From: Flectonema sp. DT1601
Lineage: Eukaryota
NCBI GenBank assembly: GCA_964019425.1
Contig: OZ025794.1
Location: forward strand, 930,001 to 994,000
DNA length: 64,000 nucleotides
Direction of reading: 5' to 3'
The notes below the pieces were generated by a model. The model was not told the DNA's origin. It worked only from the letters and a program-made list of their open reading frames with translations, and searched no databases. This document shows, piece after piece, positions 49,951 to 61,497 of this stretch. Numbering within the stretch: position 1 is the stretch's first letter; each line of letters begins with the position of its first letter. The translations under genes and the position numbers were made by a program.

Positions 49951-51675
49951 TCAACACCCCAGAGGGCCGACAGGTAGCGGTGGTAACGGTACTACGCAGG
50001 ACTGACTGGCTATCGTCGACTTCTTCTTTTTAGGTCTTTTCCGAATTCCCTGACTTATCGGAAAAGTCACCGATACCTTCAAAGCCCTGCGAAGTTCCAC
50101 AAAAGCTGCTCCGAGAGTGGGGAGAGGAGTCGGGAAAGAGAGAGATTTTTTGCTAAGCCCTGAATCAGTTTCTGTGAGAATAGTACGAGTTCGTTGTGAA
50201 GTAATACGTGGAAGACCCATAACCTGTTGAATATGTTTATCAATCGGATTTATACATATTTCATCTGTGTCGAGATCTTCTTCAAAATCACACTTTGAAG
50301 AAACCACCGTATTCTCACCTTCAACTACAGAGTTCGTCTCTGGAGTAACACATCCTCCTTCAGTCAAGAAGAATGATCTGTCGTTTCTCTCATCAATTGG
50401 TACTGGTGGAGTTGGTATTCTTGGAGGTTTAATCATACTGTTATAAACATGTTTTGCCTTCGCGCGTACTCGGTAGCCACAGTCGTCTTGCTCGTTTGTT
50501 ATTTTAACGATTGCTTTTGGATCATAAAATGATGAAATAGATTTAGCTGATCGAACAGGATTTGAAAATTCAACAACAACCTGCTGTCTTTGAAACATCG
50601 TAAATATTACTTCTTTTACAGTAGGTGATTGTTCTACCGGGGTGCTCCATAAAACGATCCTTCGCAATGAAGAGAGAGAGAGAAGTGATGTCAGTGCATT
50701 ACAACGTCTTACTGGATTGCCTGCCAAGCCAAGTATTCTCAACTTTGATAAACATCCTGTCTGAGGAACGTCTATTATTGAAATGTGATTGTAATTTACA
50801 TTCAACTCCTCAATATTTGGTAACGTGGCCAATGCTGCTACTGCACAATTGTCTAAACCAGCTCTCTCCATTGCGACTTGAACAAGTGTATCCAACTGAG
50901 AAAGATCACGAGGGAGTTTGAGAAGTGGATTTCCTGATAAGTCAAGACGCGCAAGTCTCGGTAGTGGCTTTAGTGAATTTATGTCCTCACCACAAATGTT
51001 GTTGTAAGCTAAATTCAACGTATCAAGAGTAACAAAAGAACCCTTAGTAAAGTCTAATGAGTGAGAAGTGATGCCGTTACAATGGAGATGCAATTCTTCT
51101 AAATTTTCAAAATTTTCAAAGTCCTTCAGATTGAGACTATTCTCTCCCGATTCAATAAAACAAATACTCGAAAAGTATTTTAAATCCTCTGCAATCACTC
51201 CTTGTAGTTTTAATGATGTAAGATTTGCTTCAGAGGCCTCCATCGGATCGTCGACACCCGTAATTTTTAAAAGCAAAAACCCATCAAGAATAGTTTTCTT
51301 TTGAGTAGCAGTATGACGTGCCTGAGCATTTAGTCGATCGCTTACTTTTTTTAAATCATTAACGAGTTGTGTTGGGACGGGTGGGGGAAGTCTGAAATAT
51401 GTTTTTAGAGATCGCTCAATAGCGCTGGTCTTCGTCAAAACCTTGAATCCCTTTGGGTGTACTTTTAAATACTTTGCGAGTTTTTCTTGTGATCCTCGTT
51501 CTCTCCTTGCAGCATCAGTTTTTACTATCCATCGAGATTCGTTGTTTGGTCGATTTGATTCTTTTACTGACGAACCAACTCCTTCACCAGCTTTTTGAAT
51601 GATGTTGTCATCCTGATTTTCATCTACGCGAGTCCCGATTGATGCATTTTCTTGAGATTCACACGCAGAACTCAT
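49951..51675 (-). CDS. XRRA1: Leucine-rich-repeat protein, XRRA1-like (574 aa)
   Basis: LDGFLLLK...DDP...EDLKYFSSICFIESGENSL.L..F..F..LEELHLHCNGI followed by LRRs resembles the XRRA1 N-terminal region as I recall it. The LRRs are clear; orthology is less certain. Confidence 0.7.
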   Translation of the reverse strand: MSSACESQENASIGTRVDENQDDNIIQKAGEGVGSSVKESNRPNNESRWIVKTDAARRERGSQEKLAKYLKVHPKGFKVLTKTSAIERSLKTYFRLPPPVPTQLVNDLKKVSDRLNAQARHTATQKKTILDGFLLLKITGVDDPMEASEANLTSLKLQGVIAEDLKYFSSICFIESGENSLNLKDFENFENLEELHLHCNGITSHSLDFTKGSFVTLDTLNLAYNNICGEDINSLKPLPRLARLDLSGNPLLKLPRDLSQLDTLVQVAMERAGLDNCAVAALATLPNIEELNVNYNHISIIDVPQTGCLSKLRILGLAGNPVRRCNALTSLLSLSSLRRIVLWSTPVEQSPTVKEVIFTMFQRQQVVVEFSNPVRSAKSISSFYDPKAIVKITNEQDDCGYRVRAKAKHVYNSMIKPPRIPTPPVPIDERNDRSFFLTEGGCVTPETNSVVEGENTVVSSKCDFEEDLDTDEICINPIDKHIQQVMGLPRITSQRTRTILTETDSGLSKKSLSFPTPLPTLGAAFVELRRALKVSVTFPISQGIRKRPKKKKSTIASQSCVVPLPPLPVGPLGC

Positions 51676-51910
51676 TAAATCATGTGTGCTGTTGTTAGAC
51701 TGTGAGAGTTAAAAAGGATTTCATGTGCTGTCTGACTCTCTTCTTATTCCAAAACACAAAAAAAAAAAAAATAATAAAACACAGATGTAAACACTGTGGT
51801 TATTTGCTAGTAGGCCGTCAATACTATCTCAGCAGACATCTATTACGAGGTAGTGTCTATCAAATTGTAATGAATATCATATCATGGAATGCTAAGTCAT
51901 CGTGCCTTCA

Positions 51911-52159
51911 CTAAAGCCCAGCTGGACTGTAAAATGTTTTGTAACGAAGTTTTGAATTATATTCTGGTTTTTTATAAATAAAATCTGAATCTTTAGAGCG
52001 ACCGGCAGCTCCTACCTGTCCAACTAAGAGGCTGTATCCCAGAGAGCTGCAAGAGCCTATGTCCCACTTCTTTCCTTGTGGTCCTTCAGGTATGACTGTC
52101 CCTTGTCTACAAAAGGTACCCAGACTTTCATGTTTGGTGTTAATGAATCGGAAAACCAT
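51911..52159 (-). CDS. Small hypothetical protein (82 aa)
   Basis: AAAAATG start context like neighbouring genes, no homopolymer bias, on the cluster strand, and fills the gap between two genes. Confidence 0.6.
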   Translation of the reverse strand: MVFRFINTKHESLGTFCRQGTVIPEGPQGKKWDIGSCSSLGYSLLVGQVGAAGRSKDSDFIYKKPEYNSKLRYKTFYSPAGL

Positions 52160-52511
52160 TTTTTATTAATTAGTAAATGTGTAACTCTTTTGCAAAAAGT
52201 TTATAATAAAAAAGTCATCGCAAGACTCTTCTCACTTCATCATTTCGCATGAAATTGTTAACTAAAAAGTCCCTAGGGTATGCCGCCTTACCAGTCTGTT
52301 ACCGATTACCGAACGAGGTACACTTAACTCTGAACGTAAATATGAAAAAGTGGATTGCCGTAGAGGCCTATTGTACAAACTATTTCAAATTCTCTTTTAA
52401 TTTCCTCTCCATTCTCGAATGACGTGAGTTATGAGAACTCGACGTGCTCTCTCAGAGGCCTTACAAAAGTCTGTCAGTCTGAATATAACCAAATGGGGTA
52501 TCTAGTTTCGC

Positions 52512-54154
52512 TCACTGATCAGCTTGACCATACGCGTTAGTTCCAAAATCTTGGAAGTGAGTGTCTCTCTCCATTGCTCTCTTTGCTTTTGAAGACAACC
52601 GAACGTCCTGACCTCCGAATGAAATCTGTTTTGTGTTTTTATTAGGAGCAGAATCCTTGACTTCACTCAAGACAATCATTCAGTTGATACAAAAGAAATA
52701 AAACAAACCGTTGTAGTTTCAGTTGGTCCACCAAAGAAGTATGCCATTCCCTTTAACCATGCAGGAACAGGTTGTGATGCGTCTTGAAGTAGAGTACAAA
52801 GGTCGGGAGACATTGCTTTTGCCTTCTGGTTAACGAAACCAATTGCTATTCCTTTGTTGCCGGCTCTACCTGTTCTTCCCATACGGTGAACGTCTGTGTT
52901 GATTATTTTAATAAAAATATTACAAAAAAAGGTTTTAAAAACTAATTATTAATACACACAATCATCCACATCAGTCGGCATATCGTATTGTACTACCAGA
53001 GCAACTCCTTGGATGTCAAGACCACGAGCAGCAACATCAGTAGCGACTAATATCTGAGTGTGACCTTCTTTGAATTTCCGAAGAGCATTTTCACGTTCGG
53101 CTTGTGTGCGATCTCCGTGAATACAATCAGCTGTGAATCCTTGTTGAGATACAAAGCGACATAACATATTTGTTTCTTGTTTTGTGTTACAGAATACCAA
53201 TGTCATTCCAGGATCACCCATAAGGATTCCCAGAAGGTAGAGTCTCTTATCAATATCTTCAACCCATACAAGAGATTGTTTAATATATTCATGTGTTGAT
53301 CCAACTATTCCGACAGTCATAAAAGTATATTCACGACCAACAAAGTCCTGAGCTAGTCTCTGAACCATCGGTGGAAATGTCGCAGAAAACATCATCGTCT
53401 GTCTTCGTGATGGCATTCCACTCGATTTTACGATTTGTCTGATTTGAGGTTCGAATCCCATGTCAAGCATTCTGTCAGCTTCATCCATTACAAATACTTT
53501 TAGTTGAGAAAGGACGACTCTTCCTTTCTCGTGATGATCAACAAGTCTACCTGGTGTTGCTACCAGTAATTCAACACCAGCGGAGAGAGCATCAATTTGT
53601 GGTCGGAAATCAGAACCTCCATACACAACAGCAGGTCTAACATCTGTTTGAAAACAAAATTTTTGAGCTTCTTGAAAGATCTGTGTCGCTAATTCCCTAC
53701 TTGGAGCCAATACAAGAGCACCTATTCTACTTGCACCCCCTCCAGATGCATTAAATCTCTGACTGATTAATGTGTTAATTGTTGGAAGCAGGAATGCTGC
53801 AGTTTTTCCAGAACCTGTTTGGGCACATGCAACTAAGTCCTTACCGAATGCAGCAATAGGGATACCATGTTTTTGAATAGGTGTTGGCGATTTATATCCA
53901 CACCTTTGAATGTTTCGTAGTATGCTTTGATCAATTTGAGCAGAATCCCAACCGCCGAGTGGAGGACAACGAGGATCCTTGGGTGATACCTCAACAGGTT
54001 GTTTGTGTGCTTCTTCGAAGTTTATTCCGGTTTGGTTTTGTACAAAAAGATTTTCAGCGTTTCCACCGTAGCCTCCGTATTCACTCTGCCCACCTTGTGG
54101 GGCGCTACTATTCCGCCAACCTCCTCCCTTTTTCGATCCCTTACCTCCGAACAT
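52512..54154 (-). CDS. DDX3: DEAD-box RNA helicase, Ded1/DDX3-like (3 exons, 497 aa)
   Basis: PTPIQ, AQTGSGKTAAF, DEADRMLDMGFEPQIR, SAT, ARGLD. Exons 54154-52960, 52893-52709 and 52625-52512. Splicing restores DDYVHRMGRTGRAG and FGGQDVR. Confidence 0.9.
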
Positions 54155-54724
54155 TTTTATGTGGAAAAATCTTTTTGTTAAGAAAAGTTCGATTTGAATA
54201 GAAGAGATTCTAATCAAGAATTTCTCGAGTCTACACAACTTACTGTTGTCCGGAATATGTACGAAGTCGCCATTACCGGAGAGTGATAGAAAAAATACCC
54301 AGCAAGGCGACTGTTTGGTTGTGTTTTTATTGAATTCGAATCTGGGTTGCCGTAAACAGGAATCACAGTCAACAATACGTCGCGATATGTTTAAAAAAAA
54401 AAAAGATACAAATCACATCGTCACATCGAAATCACTTTGTCTTCTTCACAAAGACAACTGACGTTCAATAGAAAGTTAAAAAAAACACGAAAACCCTTTC
54501 TTGTAATCGACAGGGACAAAATAAAAAATCTGTCCGGCAATTCTTCAAGGGCAAGTTGCATTATAAAGCAAGAGCCTCCTACTAGGTAGCTCATTCAAGG
54601 GTAAGAGACCCGTCAATAGACGTGGCCATGAGAGAATCAATCGAAGTTGTTTTTGTAGCTACAGCTTTTTCTTTGTACGAAACCGTAACTATCACTTCGT
54701 GCAAAAAAGAGACAAAGCTGCTAA

Positions 54725-55762
54725 TTAAAAATTAGAAGTTAGTACTGGCCTGAGTCCGTCAAAGAGGAAACGGAAGATGAACGATCGCTCACCAACAAAA
54801 AGAGATTTTAAAAAAGGGAAGACCATGTCAGCTATGAAGTACCATCCCAAGTGGAGGACCACACCATAGCTGAGGCCTAGAAAGAATCGAGCAGCCAACT
54901 GATATCGTGAGTCCATTGTATTCTTCCATACAGTGACATGGTCAACTGTTACAGCATTGACTACATCACCAAGTTTTATATCTGATGAATGGCCGTCTAC
55001 TGAAATTTCTCCAACAACCGCGTCTGCCAGTGTGTTTTTAACCTTACCCAGAATTGTTTTATTTTCTTCTTCTTTTTTCTTCTTCGCTTCAGTTTTTACC
55101 TTTTCTTCGTTATACTTCCACAACAGGCCTGCAATTGAGAACGGAAATGAGATGCTAAAGTAAAGAGTCGTTTCAAACAGATCAGGAATCCAAAACGGTA
55201 ATAAGAATCCAAGAAGACTTCCAGCAGCAAATGTTGAAGTTATGTCACGGCGATGAGTAAGAAGCAGAGCAGGGTCTCCCGGGGTGTTTAAGTAGGCGTA
55301 TCCAATTCCTGCACCAGCAATGAGACTTGTGCCAAAAATGAGGGCTATAAACCCACCAAATATCGAACTGGCACAGACGGCTGCTCTGATAACAAACTGA
55401 ACAGTCGATACGAATATTCTAAAAGTCGTACCCTCAGATGTAAATAAATTATCAATAGTAACTGCTAACCAGTTAGGAAGTATTGCATCTGTTATTCCAA
55501 CGTAAACCGATCCGACTAAAAAGTATCCAACCTGTCCTCCGAATATCAAGTGTCCGAATGCAGCCTTCGCATCGTTGACAATGAATTTAATATGTCCAAT
55601 AACTCCCTTGGGAGATGTCACTACTATCTTCTCATCTACTGGTTTCTGATTGGTATCTGCGTTGTCTGGTAGTGGTGTTTCTTCAATAACATTTTCATTA
55701 ACTTGATCATCGTTTCCAGAGCCAGGTTGCCTTCTTCTCATTGTCTTACTGGGTGACTGCAT
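54725..55762 (-). CDS. Hypothetical multi-pass membrane protein
   Basis: Likely ATG at 55762 (MQSPSK). About 5-6 hydrophobic segments. No family recognised. Confidence 0.8.
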   Translation of the reverse strand: MQSPSKTMRRRQPGSGNDDQVNENVIEETPLPDNADTNQKPVDEKIVVTSPKGVIGHIKFIVNDAKAAFGHLIFGGQVGYFLVGSVYVGITDAILPNWLAVTIDNLFTSEGTTFRIFVSTVQFVIRAAVCASSIFGGFIALIFGTSLIAGAGIGYAYLNTPGDPALLLTHRRDITSTFAAGSLLGFLLPFWIPDLFETTLYFSISFPFSIAGLLWKYNEEKVKTEAKKKKEEENKTILGKVKNTLADAVVGEISVDGHSSDIKLGDVVNAVTVDHVTVWKNTMDSRYQLAARFFLGLSYGVVLHLGWYFIADMVFPFLKSLFVGERSFIFRFLFDGLRPVLTSNF

Positions 55763-56163
55763 CTTATTTATTAGCTGATTGGGAAAGGATGATGAAATGA
55801 TATTTGAAAACCTTAATCTCCTCTCTCTACTTAACGGGGGGAGGGTGCTCGAATACGAATACGTTGGGGAGAGTGAATACAAGGATTTACAAGTTGAGAG
55901 TGTGGGAATAGGCTGCTAGACCTACCTACCCTAAATATCGACTTCTGGGAATCACGTAAATACAGTCAAGAACATTATTTAAAAAAATATAAAAAAAATA
56001 AATATAACAATTATAGATATCTGTATTAACTATCTGGGGTTTAATAATTCGGAATCAACCAGCCGTCGGTTCTCATGCAACAACTGTACGAGATCCTTAC
56101 TGTCCAGAAATTAAATTCCGGGAAAGAGAAAGAGAGAGAGAAGCGGTGACATAAATAAGAGAA

Positions 56164-57957
56164 TTATATTGCCTCAAGCATAACTAACATTCTTAATCCT
56201 TCTTCATTCGATACTGCATAGAGAGAAGCAAACCAAGAAAGCCATTCTCGCTGAGAAATAGAATCTGAGAGACCATCAAGTAGGTAATGATCACCTGCTG
56301 GAAGACTTGTCAACAGATATGACTTTTGAATAGTAAATGTCGTTGGAGATGCGAGGTTAATATGACAAACGAGGAGACGTTCTTCCATTGCTGAAGAGAC
56401 AATCGAATTGTTAAATTCAACATTCCGCGGAATAAGATCTACTGTCTCTGATGGCATCTCAACAGCAGTGATAGACCGAAGCTGAAGACCTAACCAATGA
56501 AGTAAGTTGGTATTGGATTCAGGATGAGTTGTGTCATTGTTAGTAATCCATTGTAACCAATCATCTTCAGTTACGATTCCGTTAGTTGATTTCAATTCTC
56601 TAAATATAAACTCTGAGATGTCTAACGGCAAAGGTAATCGACCAACAATCTCTCTCCTTAGCTGACAATTTAGTAACGCAAAGATTCGAAGTGCTTGGAC
56701 CTCACGTTCAGGTGATAAAGCTATTCTTTGATTGTTATTCCCTTCAGCCCAATTCTTCCATATCATTTCCTTTCCAAGAGCAGCAGTTTGATTAGCATTT
56801 CGTAGTGAAGCAACCTCTGCTTTGAGTGCTACGATTTCATTTGTTTTTGTAAGAGAAGATTCCTCGAGAATCCTACGAGCATCTTCAGCCTCTTTATAAC
56901 GATGACCAGCTAATTCTAATGCTTGTCTTATTGGTTTATGTTCGAGTGTTGAAGTGTCTAACTTCCTTTCTACTTCTCGTAATTGAATCATCATATCAGA
57001 TAGCTGACGTCCTTTCTGAGCGAGTTTCTTTCTGGCATCTTGTAATTCTGTTTCCTTAGCTTTGACAATACTATGAGCTGTTGTTGTGTGTTGACCAGCT
57101 TTCAAGATAGTGATTTCTTCTTGGAGGGCGAGAACTTTCTCTCCGTGGACGTCTAAAAGTGATTTTATTTTATCTTCTAGTTCGCGATAATTATTATCTC
57201 CAACTTGCACCACTCCTTCTAGTTCCACTACTTTAGATGTCAGTCGACTAATTGCTCTGTCCTTTTGTTCTCGCTCGTGTTCGTGACGTTTAACATGTCT
57301 GGCAAGTAGGTCTTCCGTTTCAAGCTCAGAGACTCTCGCATTTAAGAAACCCGATGCCGCGACATCTCTCGCATTTTCAATTGCGATTTCCCTTTGAACA
57401 GCTGTTGCTGATGTGATTAAGGAATTTATTTTTTGTTCTTCGACAATACGTTCAGCAGCTTCAGCAACAACATCCCGCTGGATTCTTTTTGGAGATGTTG
57501 TTTGTGATTGAATAAACAAGTCCGAGTCTTTAATTTTAATAGGCGTCACGAGGCACTCCTCGAGGACCTCATTAGTTGGGATGACCATCTCAGAAGCAGT
57601 TGATTTCCCCAAAGTCTTTGAAACTATTAATTCAGCTGCCTTTCTAATTGCGCCATCTGCCGCAGCAGCTAGACGAGGTACTTCAACAACAGGTATCCGA
57701 CTCTCAATAGGCTGTGGTGACATCCTAACAGGAGATATAATACCCCGTGGTGACAATATAGGAAGTGGAGGTACTTCTCCAGGATATGCAAAACTTGGTG
57801 CCGGTGCCTTCCTACTTGAAACAGCTCCCAAAGCCATCTCATCTGCAATAGATGGATATATCATACGCTGACTTATCGATTGTCTAGCTGTCACATCCGA
57901 TGGTGTTGGTAAAGGTATATATCCATCACCTATTGGTAGCGGCATTGTATTTGCCAT
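56164..57957 (-). CDS. Hypothetical coiled-coil protein (597 aa)
   Basis: Pro-rich N-terminus and a long central heptad region. The C-terminus has two similar segments (GIVTEDDWLQW and SISQREWLSW). Confidence 0.82.
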   Translation of the reverse strand: MANTMPLPIGDGYIPLPTPSDVTARQSISQRMIYPSIADEMALGAVSSRKAPAPSFAYPGEVPPLPILSPRGIISPVRMSPQPIESRIPVVEVPRLAAAADGAIRKAAELIVSKTLGKSTASEMVIPTNEVLEECLVTPIKIKDSDLFIQSQTTSPKRIQRDVVAEAAERIVEEQKINSLITSATAVQREIAIENARDVAASGFLNARVSELETEDLLARHVKRHEHEREQKDRAISRLTSKVVELEGVVQVGDNNYRELEDKIKSLLDVHGEKVLALQEEITILKAGQHTTTAHSIVKAKETELQDARKKLAQKGRQLSDMMIQLREVERKLDTSTLEHKPIRQALELAGHRYKEAEDARRILEESSLTKTNEIVALKAEVASLRNANQTAALGKEMIWKNWAEGNNNQRIALSPEREVQALRIFALLNCQLRREIVGRLPLPLDISEFIFRELKSTNGIVTEDDWLQWITNNDTTHPESNTNLLHWLGLQLRSITAVEMPSETVDLIPRNVEFNNSIVSSAMEERLLVCHINLASPTTFTIQKSYLLTSLPAGDHYLLDGLSDSISQREWLSWFASLYAVSNEEGLRMLVMLEAI

Positions 57958-58365
57958 CTCGTAGTTTCAGACTACCGACACATTTAATCCTTTCTAAAAG
58001 TGACAAAGTAAACTAATGATTGAATGAAGGCAATAAGAACAAAAGATATAGATTTCAACTTGTGATATATCTTCCTGTAATGTAGAATTAATTACTCTGT
58101 TGAAAACTCTTTCTAAAACAAACATAACTACCATATGAGAAAATAGTAAACTGAATGCATTTTCCGACAACCATTTCGGTATCGTAAAACTCGTCTGTTC
58201 ACACTGAAGGACGGAAAGGGTTTTGGCGAGTGGATAACCTTTTTATATAACATATCAAGTACGAGGTGAGTCGCAGGACTGTTAAGCCCTTCTCATTTCC
58301 AAGCGTCTTTGGGGACTGACGTTAACGCCTCCTGTTGGTGAATTGATTTGATTAATTTATAAAAC

Positions 58366-60321
58366 TCATTTGTTATAATGACGAGGACATACTTCTAGTG
58401 CTCCGAAGATCGACGAAGCGGCTTCTTGTGCTCGAGCTCGTTCCGAGACAGCTGTGTCGCCCTTTTTCTTCTTTTGTTCGATTTCAACTTGCGGTATGAT
58501 GAAAGTATCCATTATATCACAAACAAGTTCTTCCTGTTGTAATTGTGACAGCTCTTGGTTAGTTGTCTGAGACTCTGTTTCAACTGCTTTGAGTTGTTCT
58601 GCGACCGCCTGTTCATAGGCTGTGGCACGAAGTGATATATCGAAAGTCTGTTCCAGGAATGTCGCTGCTGTGTAATCGACTGCTTCAACCAGGAGATGGT
58701 ATTGTACGTCTTCCCGCTTTCTTGAGAGCTCTTCTTCTTTTCGACGCTTGATTTCGGCCTCTTCACGAGTTTTTCGCGTGAGTTCTGCACTCCTGCGAAG
58801 TTCATCAAATTTAGAAATTTCACGTTGACGAGTCAACTCTTTCATTAAGTAATCAAGTGTACCATAAAGAATATCACCCTGGATTTGATCAATAACTCCA
58901 TCAACCATTTGTTGTTGTTTAACTGTGTAGGCATCAACAGCTTTGCGTTCTTTCCATTCAGATTCGGTTTCTTTGGCTTGTGATGCAGCCTGTAGTTCTT
59001 CAATAAGACCGTGGCACCTTTCTTTTCCTTCAAAGAATTCGTTTTGAACGGCTCTTCCTCTGAGAAGTCTCTGAACCAGAACAAGTGCTTCTTCTTTTTC
59101 TTCATCTTGATCACCTTGCAGTACCAAAGTTGGTGTGTCAGGTCTGACAAGACGAGGAGTTGCTCTGTAGAAGTCTTGAATTGATGTTTGGGCTTCAGTA
59201 CCAGTCTTTGCTTTGTCAATCGTCTGTTGGGCAAAGTGAAGATGCTCAACAACCTTCTTTGCTGCTCTCTTTCGAAAGTTATTTTCGAGGGTTGATATTG
59301 CTGGGTTTTCAGGTGGCTTCGTATCTTTTAGTTTAACTTTTTCAATTTGAGGAGCCTTTGTTCTCTCCAACTCCTGAACACCTTCAGGGAATCCTAGGAG
59401 AGTAGGCCTTACGTCATAGTTGGTGTTGGTCATTTTTTCAACCAAACTATTACTTTCAACTTGTTTACCCCGCTTACCATGAACACTGTAAGACTGAATA
59501 ATATCTTTCTTGATCGCTTCCTTGGATGGGTTAGTGTGCTGAGCTGTTAATTTTCTGGTTGCTAACATACGACGTTCTTGCAGTCGATTTAATTTCTTTT
59601 CAGCTTCATCTAATTTTTGTTGTTTTACGGTCTCAATTCTCTGCTGGTTAAGTGTTTCTCTTTTTAGTTCTCTCTTTTCAAGAGCGACCGCCATTTGGCT
59701 TCGTCGTTCATCTTGGAGTTGTTTGATGTGAAGCTCTCTTTCATTCCATTCGATCTGTTCGAGGCTTTCAAGAGCGTCGAGTCTTTTAGTCATAGCTTCG
59801 TCATCACCTCCTTGAGGTAGACCAGATTCTACTTGTGTTCGTCTTTTAACTCTGTCTATCATTTCTACTTCAGCAACACCAGCAGGTAGTCCTGCTCCCC
59901 ATTTTATTTCCATTAATGCTAGTACTTGTGGCTGAGCTCCTTCTTCAACGTAGTAGTCGGGAGTGTATGGGTCTGTTTGGCAATCCATTTCTCTATAATC
60001 AGTTTGACACATTACATCACAAGTACCTTCTTCAGTATTAATTCTAGTCCCGTCAGCTGTTTGATTGTAGGATGACTCCGCAGTACTTGCGAAAGCTTGT
60101 TTTATCCTTCGTTTCTGTTTGGGTCTAGACTCTTCCAACGTCGGAAGTGGTCTTCCGATATGCGGTTTTGTCTGCAGAGGTATTTGTGGTACAATCATTG
60201 AATTAGTTGTGGTGTGTACTTGATCAACCAACGGTACAACTGGTCTTTTAAAGAATTTAAATCGATCTCTCCCCGCCAACTCGACAGTCTGGTGCTTACC
60301 AGACACAAGAAAGTCGCTCAT
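58366..60321 (-). CDS. CFAP91: Cilia- and flagella-associated protein 91 (MAATS1/AAT-1) homolog (651 aa)
   Basis: GRDRFKFFKRP, QTDYRE..CQTDPYTPDY, WGAGLPAG.AEVEMI, PRLVRPDTP and IQ-like VQRLLRGRAVQ..FFEGKE are CFAP91 hallmarks. Confidence 0.9.
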   Translation of the reverse strand: MSDFLVSGKHQTVELAGRDRFKFFKRPVVPLVDQVHTTTNSMIVPQIPLQTKPHIGRPLPTLEESRPKQKRRIKQAFASTAESSYNQTADGTRINTEEGTCDVMCQTDYREMDCQTDPYTPDYYVEEGAQPQVLALMEIKWGAGLPAGVAEVEMIDRVKRRTQVESGLPQGGDDEAMTKRLDALESLEQIEWNERELHIKQLQDERRSQMAVALEKRELKRETLNQQRIETVKQQKLDEAEKKLNRLQERRMLATRKLTAQHTNPSKEAIKKDIIQSYSVHGKRGKQVESNSLVEKMTNTNYDVRPTLLGFPEGVQELERTKAPQIEKVKLKDTKPPENPAISTLENNFRKRAAKKVVEHLHFAQQTIDKAKTGTEAQTSIQDFYRATPRLVRPDTPTLVLQGDQDEEKEEALVLVQRLLRGRAVQNEFFEGKERCHGLIEELQAASQAKETESEWKERKAVDAYTVKQQQMVDGVIDQIQGDILYGTLDYLMKELTRQREISKFDELRRSAELTRKTREEAEIKRRKEEELSRKREDVQYHLLVEAVDYTAATFLEQTFDISLRATAYEQAVAEQLKAVETESQTTNQELSQLQQEELVCDIMDTFIIPQVEIEQKKKKGDTAVSERARAQEAASSIFGALEVCPRHYNK

Positions 60322-61497
60322 CTTGCGTTCCTTGTTAGACCATCACCTGAAGGAAAGAATAATCATGTGTTCTTCAACTATTTTTAAAATCTAAGCTTTC
60401 ATACAGCTTGCTTGTAGAATCCCATAAAGGTGAACAGGAACAATCACAAGAATCTTTCAAAGAAAAAAAAGAAAATACATCCAAAAAAAAAAAAAAAAAT
60501 GCTTACTTATTACACAGAAAATGAGGTTTTAAAAAAAAAAAAAACCTGCTTTTGGGGAGCGGTGTCGGAAAGACGTTTTTTTCTATTTGTGGTTACCAAT
60601 AATAAATGACCGAGTACCTACCTCTACATGGGGAACAACAGAATTAATCACTTTAAAGGGCAAAAGAAGAACATTCACCCGCCGATATTCAACGAGGGAA
60701 GCCAAAATTAGTAATGTCAACAAGACTAAAAGCCTCTTCTATAACTACTAACAATGGAAATATTCCCCAACAAGACATTGTCTTCACTTGTAGGAAAAGT
60801 GAGTAGGATGTCCCCAAAAGGAATGGGCGTAGTCACTTAGTAAGAGCTTGGCTTGGCTTGTTTTTTTTTTTTTTTTTGGTTCCCTTCTTCCGAAAAACCT
60901 AACAAACAAACTAAATAATAATAACTTAAAAACGAATGTCAACACGATGCACAAAAGAATATAAAACCAGAAAAAGTGCAGCAACATATGAGTAAGTAGG
61001 CCAACAAATTGTAAAAAAAGAAACGCCGCCCCTGAATTCAGATGATAAGCACCCGAGTGAGCAGCACACACTTCGGGGAAAGAGAGAAGACAGTTATACT
61101 TACAGAACGATAAGCCTCGCAATGATTAGGACTCTTCTTTTTTTTCTTTTTTCTCACAGAAAATGACCACTTTCAATCACAGGCAAGGGCTAAATAAATC
61201 GGTGCATTTCCCTTAGTACATTTGAAAAAAAAGAAAAAAAAAACTAAAACCAAAACTGAACAAATAAAAATAATTAAAGTGGTTGGTGAGGGTTGGGAGG
61301 GATAACTATATTTTTTTTTTTTTTTTTTTGAATCAGCAATAACGGCAATGTGATTTACCTTCTATGTATTGCTACAATGACTTTGGCTGGTGGGCAACAA
61401 CAGATTGGCTCCAACTGGTTGTTTTATTTGTTCATTTTTTTATCTAAAAAAAAATAAAACTACACTACAACCAAGACAAAAATATTGCATACATGGA

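Noticed and set aside
23637..52243. Other minus-strand AUGAUGA motifs near 23671, 27162, 33265, 47295 and 52243
   Set aside because: None has a CUGA at a suitable distance together with internal boxes.
26248..52959. Non-canonical introns or an alternative genetic code
   Set aside because: All 11 reconstructed introns are GT-AG, and TAA, TAG and TGA all end genes with no in-frame stops in conserved domains.
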